From the human T2T-CHM13v2.0 reference genome, Homo sapiens: a DNA stretch of 64,000 bases. The notes beneath the pieces are model-generated. The model made no database searches, had not been told where the DNA came from, and worked only from the letters and a program-made list of their open reading frames with translations. The position numbers and the translations under genes were made by a program. Positions 14,036-27,000 of the stretch are shown piece after piece (the stretch's first letter is position 1; the number at the start of each line of letters is the position of its first letter). Where the stretch lies: the NCBI RefSeq assembly GCF_009914755.1, contig NC_060936.1; one strand, written 5' to 3'.

Positions 14036-17000
14036 TAATGCAGTAGACGCGCGAGAACCCACAAGAACTCACAAAATCATAACAGATGGTTGTCTTATTT
14101 TTAAGGATTACCTATCCCTTCCCCACCCCCAGAGATCACACTACCTATACCTTCACTGTCATAAAGCAAAAGTAAAAAGATACAAAATACTGGAGGTGGA
14201 AGTAGAGGCACAGTCTGGGTGATCCAAAACGGAAAATGGACTCATTCTTTTGCCGCAAATCACAGTATCTTTTTCTGTTTGTCTACTGAGGTGGCTTCCC
14301 TTATAGCCACCCTTAGAACAAGAAAAGGAAAACAAATCCCAAAAGAAACATGGGGGCTTAAGGTCAGACACTGAGGATGCTCCGTCAGGCATTTTCTCCC
14401 ATTTTCTCTTTAATGTCTTTCCTCTTCGTTCTCCTCCATGACCTCCTTTGTCTCTTGGATCTATAATGATGATTCATTCCCTGCATCTCCTTATGGAAAG
14501 GAAGTCTTTGCCTCTCACAGACATGATTATGTTTGACATGGTGACCCTAGTCTCCTATTCTGAGACATCCTCCCCCAGTGCCACACTCACTCACTTTTCT
14601 CTAACCTGGAGCATGCTTTGGCTGCTGCAGCTCCCATGTAATTCTCCAGAAGAACATGTGAGTTTCAGTTCCAAGAACATCTCAGTGGCCTGCATGCCAC
14701 ATACATGCTGCTCCTCTTCCTCCTTTTCCCTCCTTCAAGGTGAGGAGACAAAGCATCTCAGCCTGATCAGTCAAGAAACTTAACCAGGAGTATTTAAGGA
14801 GAGATTCAGAGCTGTGAAAGTCCACATATAGTTTCAAGTGCTGCGGAGGAAGTACCAAGGAAAAAAAGAGCCAAGACCCGGACTGGACCGAGGCAGTTCC
14901 AAAGATGAAGGGGTGGGGTGAGGAGAAGCCGGACTTGTTACTGGCTTACACCCAAGTGTAAATTGTGTGCTTTGCCCTACTGCATTTTTATGGCGTTGGA
15001 AAGCTTCTCTAGGAAATTCCTATGGAACTGGAGGTGAAAAAAATGTAAATAAGAGAAACTATAATGTTGCCTTGCACAGCAGCTTCTAAAGAGGATCTGG
15101 AAGCCCTCTAGACAATCACATGATATCCCTGGTGGGCAAACTCTGTCACCTAAGGTTGAACTTAGTAGAGATGACAAAGTTAATGCACCACAGGGCTATC
15201 ACTGGTTATGTGACTTTTGTGTTTTAGTTTAAAAGGGGATATAATGACTGGCTCCCTTCACGCTGTAAGTAGAAACACAGAGAAGATATGCATCAATGAG
15301 CAACCTCTCTCCAACTCACCACTTGCACAGGGACTAAAGATGCCCTTTGTAGACCAACGCTTCATGCCAAAATATACCAAAGCACTGACCTACCTACTTT
15401 GCTAAGAGACACATGCTAAGTCTCAACCACTCACAGCATGGGTAAGAGGCCATCATCCACCCACCCACATGCCTGTTGTCACAAGAATTCTCCCCAACAG
15501 CTCCTCATACACTGAAATCTCACTCAGTTAACTCATCACCACGCACTCTCTTCCATTTCCAGGGGCCAGGGGATGACCTACACCTGGTATCCAACAGAGT
15601 AGACTGCCACTCCCGCAAGCTCACCACCACTACTTTCTCTCCTGCACAGTGAGCCACTTGCTCCTGGAATCAGTCCCCTCTATAAATATATGTACAGTGC
15701 ATTCGGTCACTCATTCTTGTTGGCTTTTTCCCAGTTGAATAAACACTTAAGTGTAAACCTACTCCTTAATTCACTTATCCACATTAACCAGATTTATTAA
15801 TTAGATAAATCATCCCTTGTACTCTGTTGTAAACTCTAAAGTAGGATCACTTAAAAAAAAAAGTCTAAAGTCTCCAATAAATTTCAACAAACATTTATTG
15901 TGGTATGAAACTCCAAACAAGAGAAGTCCATCTTAACAACCAAAATGGTGGTAACACTGATTACCACCATGAGAAGCTACATGGTGGTACCTGAATAGGA
16001 GACCATCACAGTACAATGTGCAGGGATTCTTGTAAAGCCATGCCAACATTTCTGTTCACTGAACATGAAACTTGTGATAAGCCCAAAATGTAGATATCAA
16101 ATTCACATAGCTACTTTTTGCATCTTTACATTGTGTCTGTTTCAGAAAACCATTCTTATGCTAACTTGTCCCTTTGGAAGTATAGCTGTCTTAAGGCCAC
16201 AGGGTCAGGAGGAAATTCTTTCGTTATTTCGGAGAAATGAAAGGCAATTTTTAGGGCAATCACTCTCGTTACTTGGTGCTTTTGTCCATTAAAATTCTGG
16301 AGCCTCTGCTTGCAAATACCAAAACTGGTTTATCACAACAGTACTGCATGATTGTGAAAAACTTCCAGTCCAGCTACCTTGTAAGCCTTTAAACAGACAG
16401 AAGGAACAACTATCCCAAACCATGGGACCTGTGCAAGGCTGGGAAAGGTTGGCCCCAGGGATGGCATGATGCACTTACAGTGTGAGGGGAGCATGATAGA
16501 AACAAAACGGCAAACCAGAGTCTCAGTTCCCTGGGCTAATGGAGATGTAGGGAATGTCGAGTCAGCCTGGCTTTGTCTAATTAAAAAATAAGCTTCTCAT
16601 GTGGATAATCCCCTGGCTTGTGTCACTTCCCAGGTACCTGTGGCCTGGCATCTGTCACAGGGTGTCTGGCTCCTCAGTTCTGGCATATTCAACCAAGCAG
16701 TCTTTTTCTTACATCCCCAATACAAAATGGCATGCCCTTTCTAGCATTGTGTCAGACTGTCTACACTGGTGCACAGGACTTACTATGATGGAAAGGGGGT
16801 AGCATTAATGTACTTGAGACATAAAACTGGCTAGGGTCAAACGTCATCTTGAAGGTTTTTAAGGAAAGCATTTAATTCAGCGGCAGATTTATGTCTTTGT
16901 GACTGTTCACCAACAGTGCATTAAGCTAAGTTTCAAAAAGCAAAGTCTAGTCTGTCAAAAAACATGAACTAAAAGTCCCTTATTGGCTTCCTTCTACCAG

Positions 17001-17259
17001 CAGATTTCTAAAGGGCTAGAAAAGTCTAGAGTAAGCCTCAATCTTATGGCAATCCTATCACTGCTCTTGAAAGTCCCTCTATTGCCCTCTCCATGTTTGG
17101 TAAAGTACTAAACAAACACCTTATTTATAGGAGGGGCTTCCAGAACTTCTATATAGAAAGAGCCTGAGTGGAGGTGTGAGGCAGAAACCTGTTTTAAGGG
17201 GCAAGACTAAAGGAAACATCTTGGAGCTGCTCTTGCAGGGTAAGTACAGTGTTTACTAA

Positions 17260-19030
17260 TCAGTTCCTTTAACATATACTGCCTACTATATACTGGGATA
17301 AGCACTTTAGAAACTTATATGAACAAATTCGACACAGATCTTGGACTCATGATACTCATGTCTAAAGGGAGAGAGAGATAATAAACTACAACCACAAGAC
17401 TGAGGCAATAAAAATATTAACTAATGGTAGCAGCCATTTAGAGAATTAATTAGTACCGTACAATAGATAGTGACCAAGAAGCTGCTTGGTATTGGGTAGG
17501 CAGGAAAGGCCATTCTGAGCAAATAGTAGTTAAACTGAGACCTAAATGGCAAGAGTGAGCTGGCAATATGAAAAACATGCCAAGGAGAGAGGGAAGCATG
17601 TTCAAGAATCCTGAGGCAGGAAGAAGCTTGGCACATTTGAAGAAAAGGAAAGAAGCTGATGGAGTCAGAAGACAGCAGCCAAGGACAAAGGGGAATAGAA
17701 AAAGTAAGGCAGGGAAGGTGTTGGATTTTATTCTAAGTGTGACAGGAGGCCATTGAAAAATTTTGATGTGATCATCTGATTTCCTTAAAAAAAAAATTTA
17801 TTCTGGTTGTTGTGTGGGGAGGGCAACTGGGAGACTCTTGCAGGAATCCTGGAAAAGGATTAGGGTGATTGGCAGAAAGGAGAGCAGATGAGATGATGAA
17901 AAGACAGGCTCAATAGCATGGACTTATGTGTTGGATATCGGTGTAAGAAAAATAAGTAAGGAAAACCTGCCTTGGTGACCTTAGTTCACCATTTACTGAG
18001 TTGGGGAAGACTAGAAAAGGAGCAATTTGAAAAAGGAAAAAAGTTACCATTTTCACCATGCTAAGTTTTAGGTGCCTCACAGACACCGTTCGGAAATGTT
18101 TAGTAGGTAACTAGAGAGTCTAGTCTAGAGTTCTGAGGAATGGTCCAAGTTGTAGATGTGTACCTGAGAGTCATTACCTATAAAGGATATGTAAAAGCCA
18201 TAGACCAGATGAAGTCATCTAGGAAAGTTATGTAAATTCAACAAATAAATAAATAAATAAAGGAGCTCAAGCAGAGCCCTTTGGGCCGCGAACATTTAGT
18301 GGTGGGTAGAAAAGAACAGAGATAGCAAGGAAGATTGAAAAACTGTCCAATAAGATGAGAGTAAAATCACAAGAGTGTAGCTTCGTGAATATCAAGAAAA
18401 TCTTTCAGTAAGGAATCTGTCATTTCATCGAATGCTGCAGAGGGGACAAGATGATAGTAGACTGACTATTGGATTTGGTAACATAGTGACCACTGGTGAC
18501 TTTGGCAAGAGCCACAAGAACCATTCCATTAACACAGTATGAATGGACATCTGAAAGAAATGGGTTAAGGAGGGTGAAAGAGGTGAGGAAGTAGAGAAAG
18601 CAGCTATAGACAACTCTTTCAAGATGTTTTGCTATTAAGAGGAACAGAAAAACAAGGAAATAGGCAAAAGCAGACGTGTGGTCAAGGATTTCAGGGGTTT
18701 TTTAATATATAGAATGTACTAGAACTTACTTGTGGGTACTTGAAATAATATAGTGGAGAAGGAGAAATAGCAAAGTCCTTGAAAAGGAAAAAGCCTGAGA
18801 TCCAAAATTTAAGAGTTCAAAAAAGCGAAATTCAAGATCTTTTGCTTTCTCAAGGACTTTGCTATTTGTAAGAATTGGTCTCTAGTAGAAGCAGGGATTC
18901 TTCATCCACAGTAGCCAGAGTGTAGACAGAGGGCATGGGTACCGATGCAGGTAAGCTGGTAACTTTGGTAGTATAAAAATGAGAAAGTTCCTGGCAGAAT
19001 AACTCAATTTTCTCAATGAATTATGAGGCA
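17260..19030 (-). mobile_element. Long L2 fragment
   Basis: gcctactatatactggg...aggcaggaagaagcttggcacatttgaagaa...ggattttattctaagtgtgacaggaggccattgaa...tggatttggtaacatagtgaccactggtgactttggcaagagc. Confidence 0.8.
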
Positions 19031-19286
19031 GACTTAGCAGCAAAGAGTGCTACTTATAGAAAAGAGGATATGTAATAGGTTCAGAGTGACAAGAGAGAGT
19101 GCGAAGTTATTTTGAAGTGGGAGAAAGTTAACATAGTAAGGAATGTAGCTGGAGTGCTGGGCTGACTCGAGTGACGATTTGAGATCCGTGGCTTCATCAT
19201 CATGGTTGTGTTTTTCCAGTTCAGAAAAGAAACTGGAGTTGCTTGATTGCTTCCAGACAAGCAAGAAATGAGCAGTTTGTTTAACT

Positions 19287-21253
19287 GAGGCTATTCATCA
19301 GGCACCACTGTGCACCACTTCAAATCGTCTCACCACACCTGCTCTTCCAGGGATGGATTTGGTGATCACTTCTGCTCTGGCTTCAGCCAACTTCACGGAG
19401 CACCTCATCTGTAGCTACTGTCCAGCTATAGCTTCTTGCCCTGGGGTTTCTCCTTCACTCGTGTCCAGGAAGCAGGACACTAGTGAAGGAACTGCTGGAG
19501 ACGTGCATATATGCAACCCGGAGATACAGCAGACTGAAAGGGAGCCTCTGAATAAATGCTTACACCTTTTTTTTTGTTTTTTATTATTATACTTTAAGTT
19601 CTGGGATACATGTACAGAATGTGCAGGTTTGTTACATAGGTATACACGTGCCATGGTGGTTTGCTGCACCCATCAACCCATCATCTACATTAGGTATTTC
19701 TCCTAATGCTATCCCTCCCCTAGCCCCCCACCTTTTGTTTTTTAGTATACAGTTCTAAGACACATTTCTTAAGGCTTCTTAGAGCATTTCTTGTAGGATG
19801 AATGACCACTTGCTGTCAGCAATGCTCAACCAGATAATGTACCCTTGTATCAATTTTCTCTCCTTCCCTGTCTCACTGTTCTAGTCCCTAAGCCCTGCTC
19901 CCTAGAATTACTTAAAAAAAAAAAAACACTTGCATATAAGCTAGTGCCTCATTCTCTGCCATCAAAGGAACTCAGGTAAGATAACTGGCATTAGGAGTGG
20001 CTTTAGAAATCAGTTTCTCAAGATGGGACTGTGGAATTCAGTGAAGACCCCACTGCTACAGGTGAGTGAAGTAGTATTAATTCCTAGTATGTTCATTCTT
20101 TAGCATCACAAATACTAACACTCTTACCTGTGGTGGATTGGGATAAGCTAGTGGTAGAGGGTAACGTATTGGGTTATGTGGTGGCTCTGGTATTTGAAAA
20201 ATACATGAGCAGTTGGCTGGCTTTGTCAATACATTTTCAAGTCTTAAAAAAATAAACTGGAAGAATCAAATGAACTGACTATCAACTCAGGAAATCCTGC
20301 TGAAAATCAGATCCAGAGGAAAAAAACTAATAGTGGCAATGCTATCAAAGAGACTAAATGCATAACCTTGGAATTCCTCCTTTGTGGAAATTCTAATAGG
20401 AAATTCCAATAGGAAAAGAATGGGACCTGGAGACCCACGTGGTACACTTAGGAAGACAGTAAGAGAGGATTTTCCTGAAACCTCTTAGAAGGCAAGAAAA
20501 GCTCCTCCCCTCTTGCCAAAGGAAATAAGTCTGCCTTTAAAAACACTGTAAAGAACACATCTGAAGCAGGTGCCTCTCATTCTGACTCCTGTCCTCAATA
20601 TGTGACCCCATCTCTCTGTAGTCCCTACAGGCCAATAACTAGAGCCAGGTCATAGCACAACTACAGCTGGAAAATACAGTCCCTAGAAGGGATGAATATC
20701 TAGGAGGAAATAGTTTACATACTGAAGGAATTGCAATGGAAAGGCCCGGCCAATTACAGGTTTGCAGAAATCAGGAAGCACATGTAGGAGTGAACTTTGA
20801 GGAAGTTAGACTGGAGGTAGAATGGGATAGAGAATTTATTGGCACAGCAACACTTTCTTGTGAAATGATATTCAAACTCCTTGCAGAGATGCCTATAGGC
20901 ATTCCTAATATACTCCTGGGTTGACGGCCTAGGGGATGAGGTGACAAATGATGGGAAGACTTTGGCAAAATATTGAAAAAGAGATCAGAAGATTAAGAAG
21001 GTGGGAATGTTAAAATGGAAGTATTAATTTTATGTAAGACTGAAAATTGATTACCTGACTCTGTCCTAAGATGCATTTCTGAAGGCTCTCCTAGGATGCC
21101 CTTGTGGGATCCAGCACCTGTCACTCACAGGGTTTCAGCTCAATATGGCTCCTATCATTGGCTTTACCCCCTTCCACATTCACTCTCCTACTCCCTAATT
21201 TCTGCTCCCTAAGATTGTTTCCCATATAAACTCCTTGCACAAAGGCTAAGACA
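19287..21253 (+). mobile_element. Degenerate ERVL provirus: LTR33/LTR16-type 5' LTR (~19287-19983), internal gag remnant (~19984-21050), partial 3' LTR (~21060-21253)
   Basis: Two similar LTR ends (...ggaactcaggtaagata and ...aaaggctaagaca). The internal region starts actggcattaggagtggctttagaaatcag. Gag-like peptides are IGKEWDLET (~20409), EFIGTATLSCEMIFKLLA...NILLG (~20832-20921) and EIRRL..VGMLKW (~20980). Confidence 0.7.
19567..19732 (-). mobile_element. L1PA (PA7/PA8-like) 3' end inserted in the ERVL LTR
   Basis: ttattatactttaagttctgggatacatgtacagaatgtgcaggtttgttacatagg...tcctaatgctatccctcccctagcccccca; ttttgtttttt occurs on both sides. Confidence 0.9.
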
Positions 21254-21699
21254 GGCTGCTTCTAAGAAGTAGAAATTCTAGGCAAGCTAAATAATCCTGG
21301 GACTGCACAGGGCCCTACCACTACCTCCAAAAATTATTGCCAGATGCATTCTACTATGGTGTCTAGGACATAGCAGGTCCCCAGCAGATAATTTGCTCCT
21401 CCTTTTCTTCCCCCTTCATCTGAAACAGTAAATTCAGATGTCAGTGAAAGGCAAACAACTTCCTTGAGACAGAGCAATAATGCTTGTATAGCAATTGCAA
21501 ACTCTTGTGCTCTGTGCCTACCAAAAGCCCCTCCTGAAACCACTCTTCTTTGGGCAAATCTCTGCTCTTTATTTCTCAGCACACCGTTGTCACTATCTAG
21601 CCTCAGGATAATAGTGTCCCCTGGAGGGATCAGTTCTTCCTCTGGGGAAATCAAAGAGCAGATCAGGAATTAGTCACCAGATTGTGTCATTTTGAATAC

Positions 21700-21790
21700 A
21701 AGGAAGAAAAGAAGAATGAGAGGAAAGAAAGGGGAAGAGGAGGGGTGGAGGAGGATGTGCAGGTAAGAGGGAAGAGGAGGAGTCAGGCAG
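21700..21790. repeat. GA-rich low-complexity purine tract
   Basis: aggaagaaaagaagaatgagaggaaagaaaggggaagaggagggg... Confidence 0.7.
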
Positions 21791-22668
21791 TAGGGTGGCA
21801 GGACTGTATTTGGTGAGTTCACACATTTTATTTTATTTCAGCATCACAATACATTTGCAAGGTGTTCTCCTAGTCATACAGCTGGGGAAGCTAAGGCATA
21901 TGGTCCCTGTTTTAAACAACCGATTCTTCAGCTAAATTAGCAGCTAGGAGTTACAGGTTGGGCCACAGCATGAGCAAGACACAGGACTTGATCAAGAATG
22001 AGGGAAACCAAGCAGATCGGATACACAGACTCTTTACACTTCTGCCTTCTTATAGCTTGTATTTATTTGTTTATACCAATTTATGGAAAAGCATCACAAA
22101 ACTATTATAGAATACAGACAGCTAGAATATTTTCATTTTCCCTCTGCTTAACAAGAAATGGAGCAATTTCCAGGGAAGAGGGCCCAGGGTTTTGTGAAGA
22201 GAAACCCCAACTTCACTGAACCCTAAGTTCTGATGCTGCCAGAATGAAGGAGCCCAGAAATCAGAGCAGGACACAGGGATGGGCAGAGAGGTGAGCGCAT
22301 GGGGTTAACTGCAAAATGAACTTCACAATGACTCTCCTGGAGATTTCACCAGACTGGAGTTTCTTGCAGATCTTCACCTGCTCTGCTTTATTTCTGGAAG
22401 GTCCAGAGCATTACATCACTTCCCTCTGCTTCCCTACTGAGATTTCTACCCATGAATTTCTACCTACATCCATGAAATTGCTAATTTCTTATTCCACTGT
22501 ATCCTTTCTTGAGTTTCCTGCTGAAATAGTCATACCTCTTAGCCATTTCAGCATTTTTCTTTAAACTAGCTACTTTGTAAATTGTATATTCTTTCTCCAC
22601 TTCCAGAAATATCAAAGCTTCAAAGACTCATAATAGCCTAGAGGTGAAGGGGCCAATATTTTTTTTTA

Positions 22669-22976
<308 letters not shown>

Positions 22977-22977
<1 letters not shown>

Positions 22978-23022
22978 TATATATATATATTTATATATTA
23001 TAAATATATATATAAATATATA
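22977..23022. repeat. Interrupted (TA)n repeat
   Basis: atatatatatatatttatatattataaatatatatataaatatat. Confidence 0.9.
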
Positions 23023-23057
23023 ACATTTACTCAAGCCACATACTATTTCTATTAACT

Positions 23058-23368
23058 TTTTCTTCTTTTTTATAATTTCATGTATTTTTTTAAATTTACT
23101 TTTTTATTTCAATAGGTTTTTGGGGAACACATGGTATTTGGTTACATAAATAAGTTATTTAGTAGTGATTTCTGAGATTTTGGTGCACCCATCACCTGAG
23201 CAATGTACCCTGTACCCAATGTGTAGTCTTTTATCCCTCACCCGCCTCCGACCCTTTCCGCAAGTCCACAAAAGTCCATTGTGTCATTCTTATGCCTTTG
23301 CATCCTCATAGCTTAGCTCCCACTTATAAATAAGAACATACCGTTTGGTTTTCCACTCCTGAGTAAAA
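23058..23368 (-). mobile_element. L1PB-type 3' end with a 9-bp TSD, inserted in a MIR
   Basis: ttatttcaataggtttttggggaac...gcttagctcccacttata. The TSD ctattaact is at 23049-23057 and 23369-23377, and the MIR core cagatgaggaaactgaggctc follows. Confidence 0.88.
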
Positions 23369-23377
23369 CTATTAACT

Positions 23378-23580
23378 AATTAGTTATCGGAGCAATCCTT
23401 TCACAGAACAGTTATTATCTCCATTTTTTCAGATGAGGAAACTGAGGCTCAACAAGATTAAATAACTAGTAATTTAATCAAGTTGTGTAAGAAATGGAAA
23501 GAACTAGAGCAACCAGAAAGCGGCAGAGCTCAGGATTTGAATATAGGTAAGAGGCTCCAAATTCTTCACTCTTAACCCTA
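23378..23580 (-). mobile_element. MIR
   Basis: ttattatctccattttttcagatgaggaaactgaggctc...ggcagagctcaggatttgaa. Confidence 0.8.
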
Positions 23581-24213
23581 GGGATTGTCTAACCCATTCC
23601 CTTCATTTTATAAATAAAGAGAGTAAGACACAAAGAAACTAAGTGACATATGCCACGACAAGGTAGGGTGTGGACTGCCATGCAAGTCTTCTGATTTCCA
23701 GTTTAATGTTTTTGTTGCTATACAACACAGCCTTGGTTCCAGACAACAGTTCTCATGTCTAGTCTATGTTTTCTGGTGGTTTCCCATGAGTTCTTGAATT
23801 GATCTGAAGATTTACAATTTCACAAAGGATGTTCATTTTATCAAGGCTGTATAGAAAAAGCACTTGAGATTGTAACGATTTACACCTGGTCATTTGGGGC
23901 TTTAGCATTGGGTGATCCAAATGCTAGCTCTTCCCTCATTAGATGTGACACAGCTTGTTCTTTAACTCTCTGGGAAATCTAGTTGTTACAGCTGAGGGGA
24001 CCTGCAAATTGTAAGAAATATATAAATCCCGTTATTACAACAATGATGATGATTAGTCCTGTTAAAAGCACAATGTTTTACCCATTATTTCTGCAGAGTT
24101 TGTGAAATGGTGACAGGGATAGAGACTCAGATGGTCATTGTTTCTCAAGGTGGGAGGACCTGATGCTGTGATCACTGCTGGGAAGAGGGAAGGCTGTGAG
24201 TAAAAGCTAGGAA

Positions 24214-24255
24214 ATGCAAACCATGTTCCTACTTATGCAAACCATGTTCCTACTT
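24214..24255. repeat. Perfect 21-bp tandem duplication (atgcaaaccatgttcctactt)x2
   Basis: Read directly at 24214-24234 and 24235-24255. Confidence 0.95.
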
Positions 24256-26789
24256 ATTAACAGCTCTGGATAATAGCTCTGTGGGGTAAAATGTAAATCT
24301 GTCAATAAAGGAGATACTGTGAGTCATGGAAACCTACCTCTGCATGCACCCCTTCTCCTGGGCATGGATAGCATGCATCATTGACCCTTTCACTGTAGCT
24401 CTTACTGTAGCATTGTGAGTAAAGCTTATGTAAAACTGATCACATGTGGTATTTTGGCTGTTTTCCCAGCCACCTCCATTGTTGGAGATTGTGGGCCCCT
24501 CAAGGGCAGAAACCTTGGTCTTTTATTTCTGTATTTACAAAGCCAGTAACATGGTTGGCACTCAGGAAATGGTGGTTGAATAATGAATGAATGCACGATT
24601 TTATGACCTCCTCAGATTGCAATCACTTTGCTTTCATTCAGCAGCCCACGACTCAGATTCATGCACTGAGTAGTCCTCCCAGGGTTGTGGTTGGGTAGGA
24701 CTAACTTTGGGGTATGGGAACCAATAAACTTTTAGGGAGAAGAAAAAGAATATTGAAGGCTAGAAATTTTTTTCAACCAGTTTTAGAGAACCACTGTTTA
24801 GTAGTTCTTTAATATTTCATCATCCAGCCACCAAAGGATGCCCACAACTCCCTACACATCAGAATATTTTCCTTATATATGTTTTAAAAATAAGAAATTT
24901 GTTTTGTAGGTAATCTGATACCTAAGGAGATACACAGAGAGCTGTAGTTTGGGGCTTCAGAGACGATTTTTAAGACTGGAAGAGAGAAAGGATGGAGAAA
25001 AAGGCCAAAGAGGGGAGATGGCAATTCACACCCTCTTTGTGTGTGCTTCAATATCAAAGATTCCTTAATGGCAGGAACCAGGTGTAAACTTGATAGATCT
25101 CCCACAGCATCTATCACTGACTGTACACACAGCCAATGCTCAGTGAAAATTAGATGGATGGATGGAAGGATTGGTGGGTGGATGGATGCACAGAGGGAGT
25201 ATAATTTGCTATTGCCAGCATTACCAACAGTCACCTGTAAGTTGTTTAACTCTAGTCAGAATGCCCAAATAACCTACCAGTTTGATAATCACTTTCTTAC
25301 TCATTTATTTCCTCTGGACTCTTCTTCACACAGAACTAATATTCACTTATTTTCTGTTCTTTATTAAATTATTCAAAAGAAACCCTTACCTCCCTCAGCA
25401 CCCATCAGTAAAACTCTCTCCATACACAAGTATCTTCTCACACAAATCACACAACATAATACAATGGTATTCTCACTTACGGTATTGTGTCTCCATCTGA
25501 GAAAGAGATGAAGTCAGAGACAGAGTTAAAGTCTAAGAGGGATGTTTTATTTTTCTGTTTTTTTCTTACTTAGCACTAGCTATCCTGTGCTTTAAACAAA
25601 GAAAACAAAATATGCTAACAATAACTTAACATTTATTCCCAGCATGGGAGTGGCGGGGAGGAGGTTAATGTAGATAAGTCCTTGTGTACCGCACTATCAA
25701 TCATAACTCTTTATCACAAATAATGCACTGCCATTCCCACAGCTGCACCCAGCTGTTTGGGTCATCTTTAGTCATGTCCGAACTCATTCTCAGAGTCCTA
25801 TCTTCCTTCTGTCTCTCCCGTTTTTATGTAGCTCTCTGTCTGTCTTAGCTTTTGTATGATGAAGATTTTCAAGGCCAGGTTAAGTCTTGGGCTGGGTGTA
25901 GCCTGTTCATGGAGAGACAGTCTTGGAGGCGGGTGGAAGGAAGAGTCATTAGGGAGAAAGCTTGGGGAAGATGGAGGCAGAGAATGGAGCCAAATGAATC
26001 ACCAGAGGAAAGAGAATCACTGGAGAAGTGCAACAGAATATGTAGGAAAGACTGTCTCCCAGATATCTTGCTCATTCGAGAACTTCCAGAAAAGAAATAG
26101 CTGAAAGAGATGGAGAATGGGTTTGAGGAAAGTCATACTCTGTTCTGTGAAGGATTCATTTTGCTGCCGAAAGGAAATAACTACAGGAGAAGAGAGAGAC
26201 AGAAAGAAACCAGGAGTAGGGTGGGCGAGACAAAGAGGAAGCCATATGGGGAGGGGGGTGGGAGGATAAGGGTGAGGAGGAGAGAACATGGCATGCAGTG
26301 GGAACACTGTTGGAAACATAAGAACCGCCCCCAGAAACAAAATGCCAGCATCTCTGGGCAAAAAATCTAAATTGTCAGCACATGTATCTTTGCTCTGAGA
26401 AATATACACCTATTTTTTTTTTTTTTTTAATTTCAGGATGATTCCCCATTCCAACATCAGTAAAACACTTCAGACTGAGAGACTCAGATAATTTCCTTCC
26501 TCCTATCATGAAGCATCCCCAGGCCACTTCCTCACTGTTCCTCATAAAGGTGCCATCCCCAGGCTGGGGTCCCTTGGCAGGGAAAATTCAGGAACAAGGA
26601 ATTGCTCAGATTTCATATAGATTTATGTCTTATAAAACTATAATGGAAGAAATCCATTCGTCTTCAAAAAATGAGAAAAAGAAAATACAATTTTTAATGA
26701 TTACACTTTCCAAATACAATGTTTTATTCAATTATCAATAATTAATGTCAATATGAGCAGGGATAGCCCAATAAAACAAGCAAAATTAG

Positions 26790-27000
26790 ATACTAATAAC
26801 CAAACAAGCTGACTGTGTTTTGGTACTCTTTGTTCCAGGCCCCCTGCTAAGCACTTTGTATACATTCTTATTTAACGAGCACAAATACAGTACAAAGCCT
26901 TTAGTGTTGCCTCCGTTTTTATAGATGAAGAAGCAAGCCCAGACAGGTTAGGAACCTGGCCATGGTCATTCAGCTAACAAGTATACGGGCCAGGATGTTG
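26790..27000 (-). mobile_element. MIR
   Basis: ccaggccccctgctaagcactttg...ttttatagatgaagaagcaagcccagacaggttaggaacctggccatggtcattcagcta. Confidence 0.7.

Noticed and set aside
20388-20416. 13-bp imperfect tandem repeat ggaaatt(ct/cc)aata
   Set aside because: Small slippage duplication inside the decayed ERVL; no sign of function.
25852-26409. Cluster of overlapping ORFs on both strands
   Set aside because: GA-rich biased composition, no recognisable domain, no support for splicing or a promoter.
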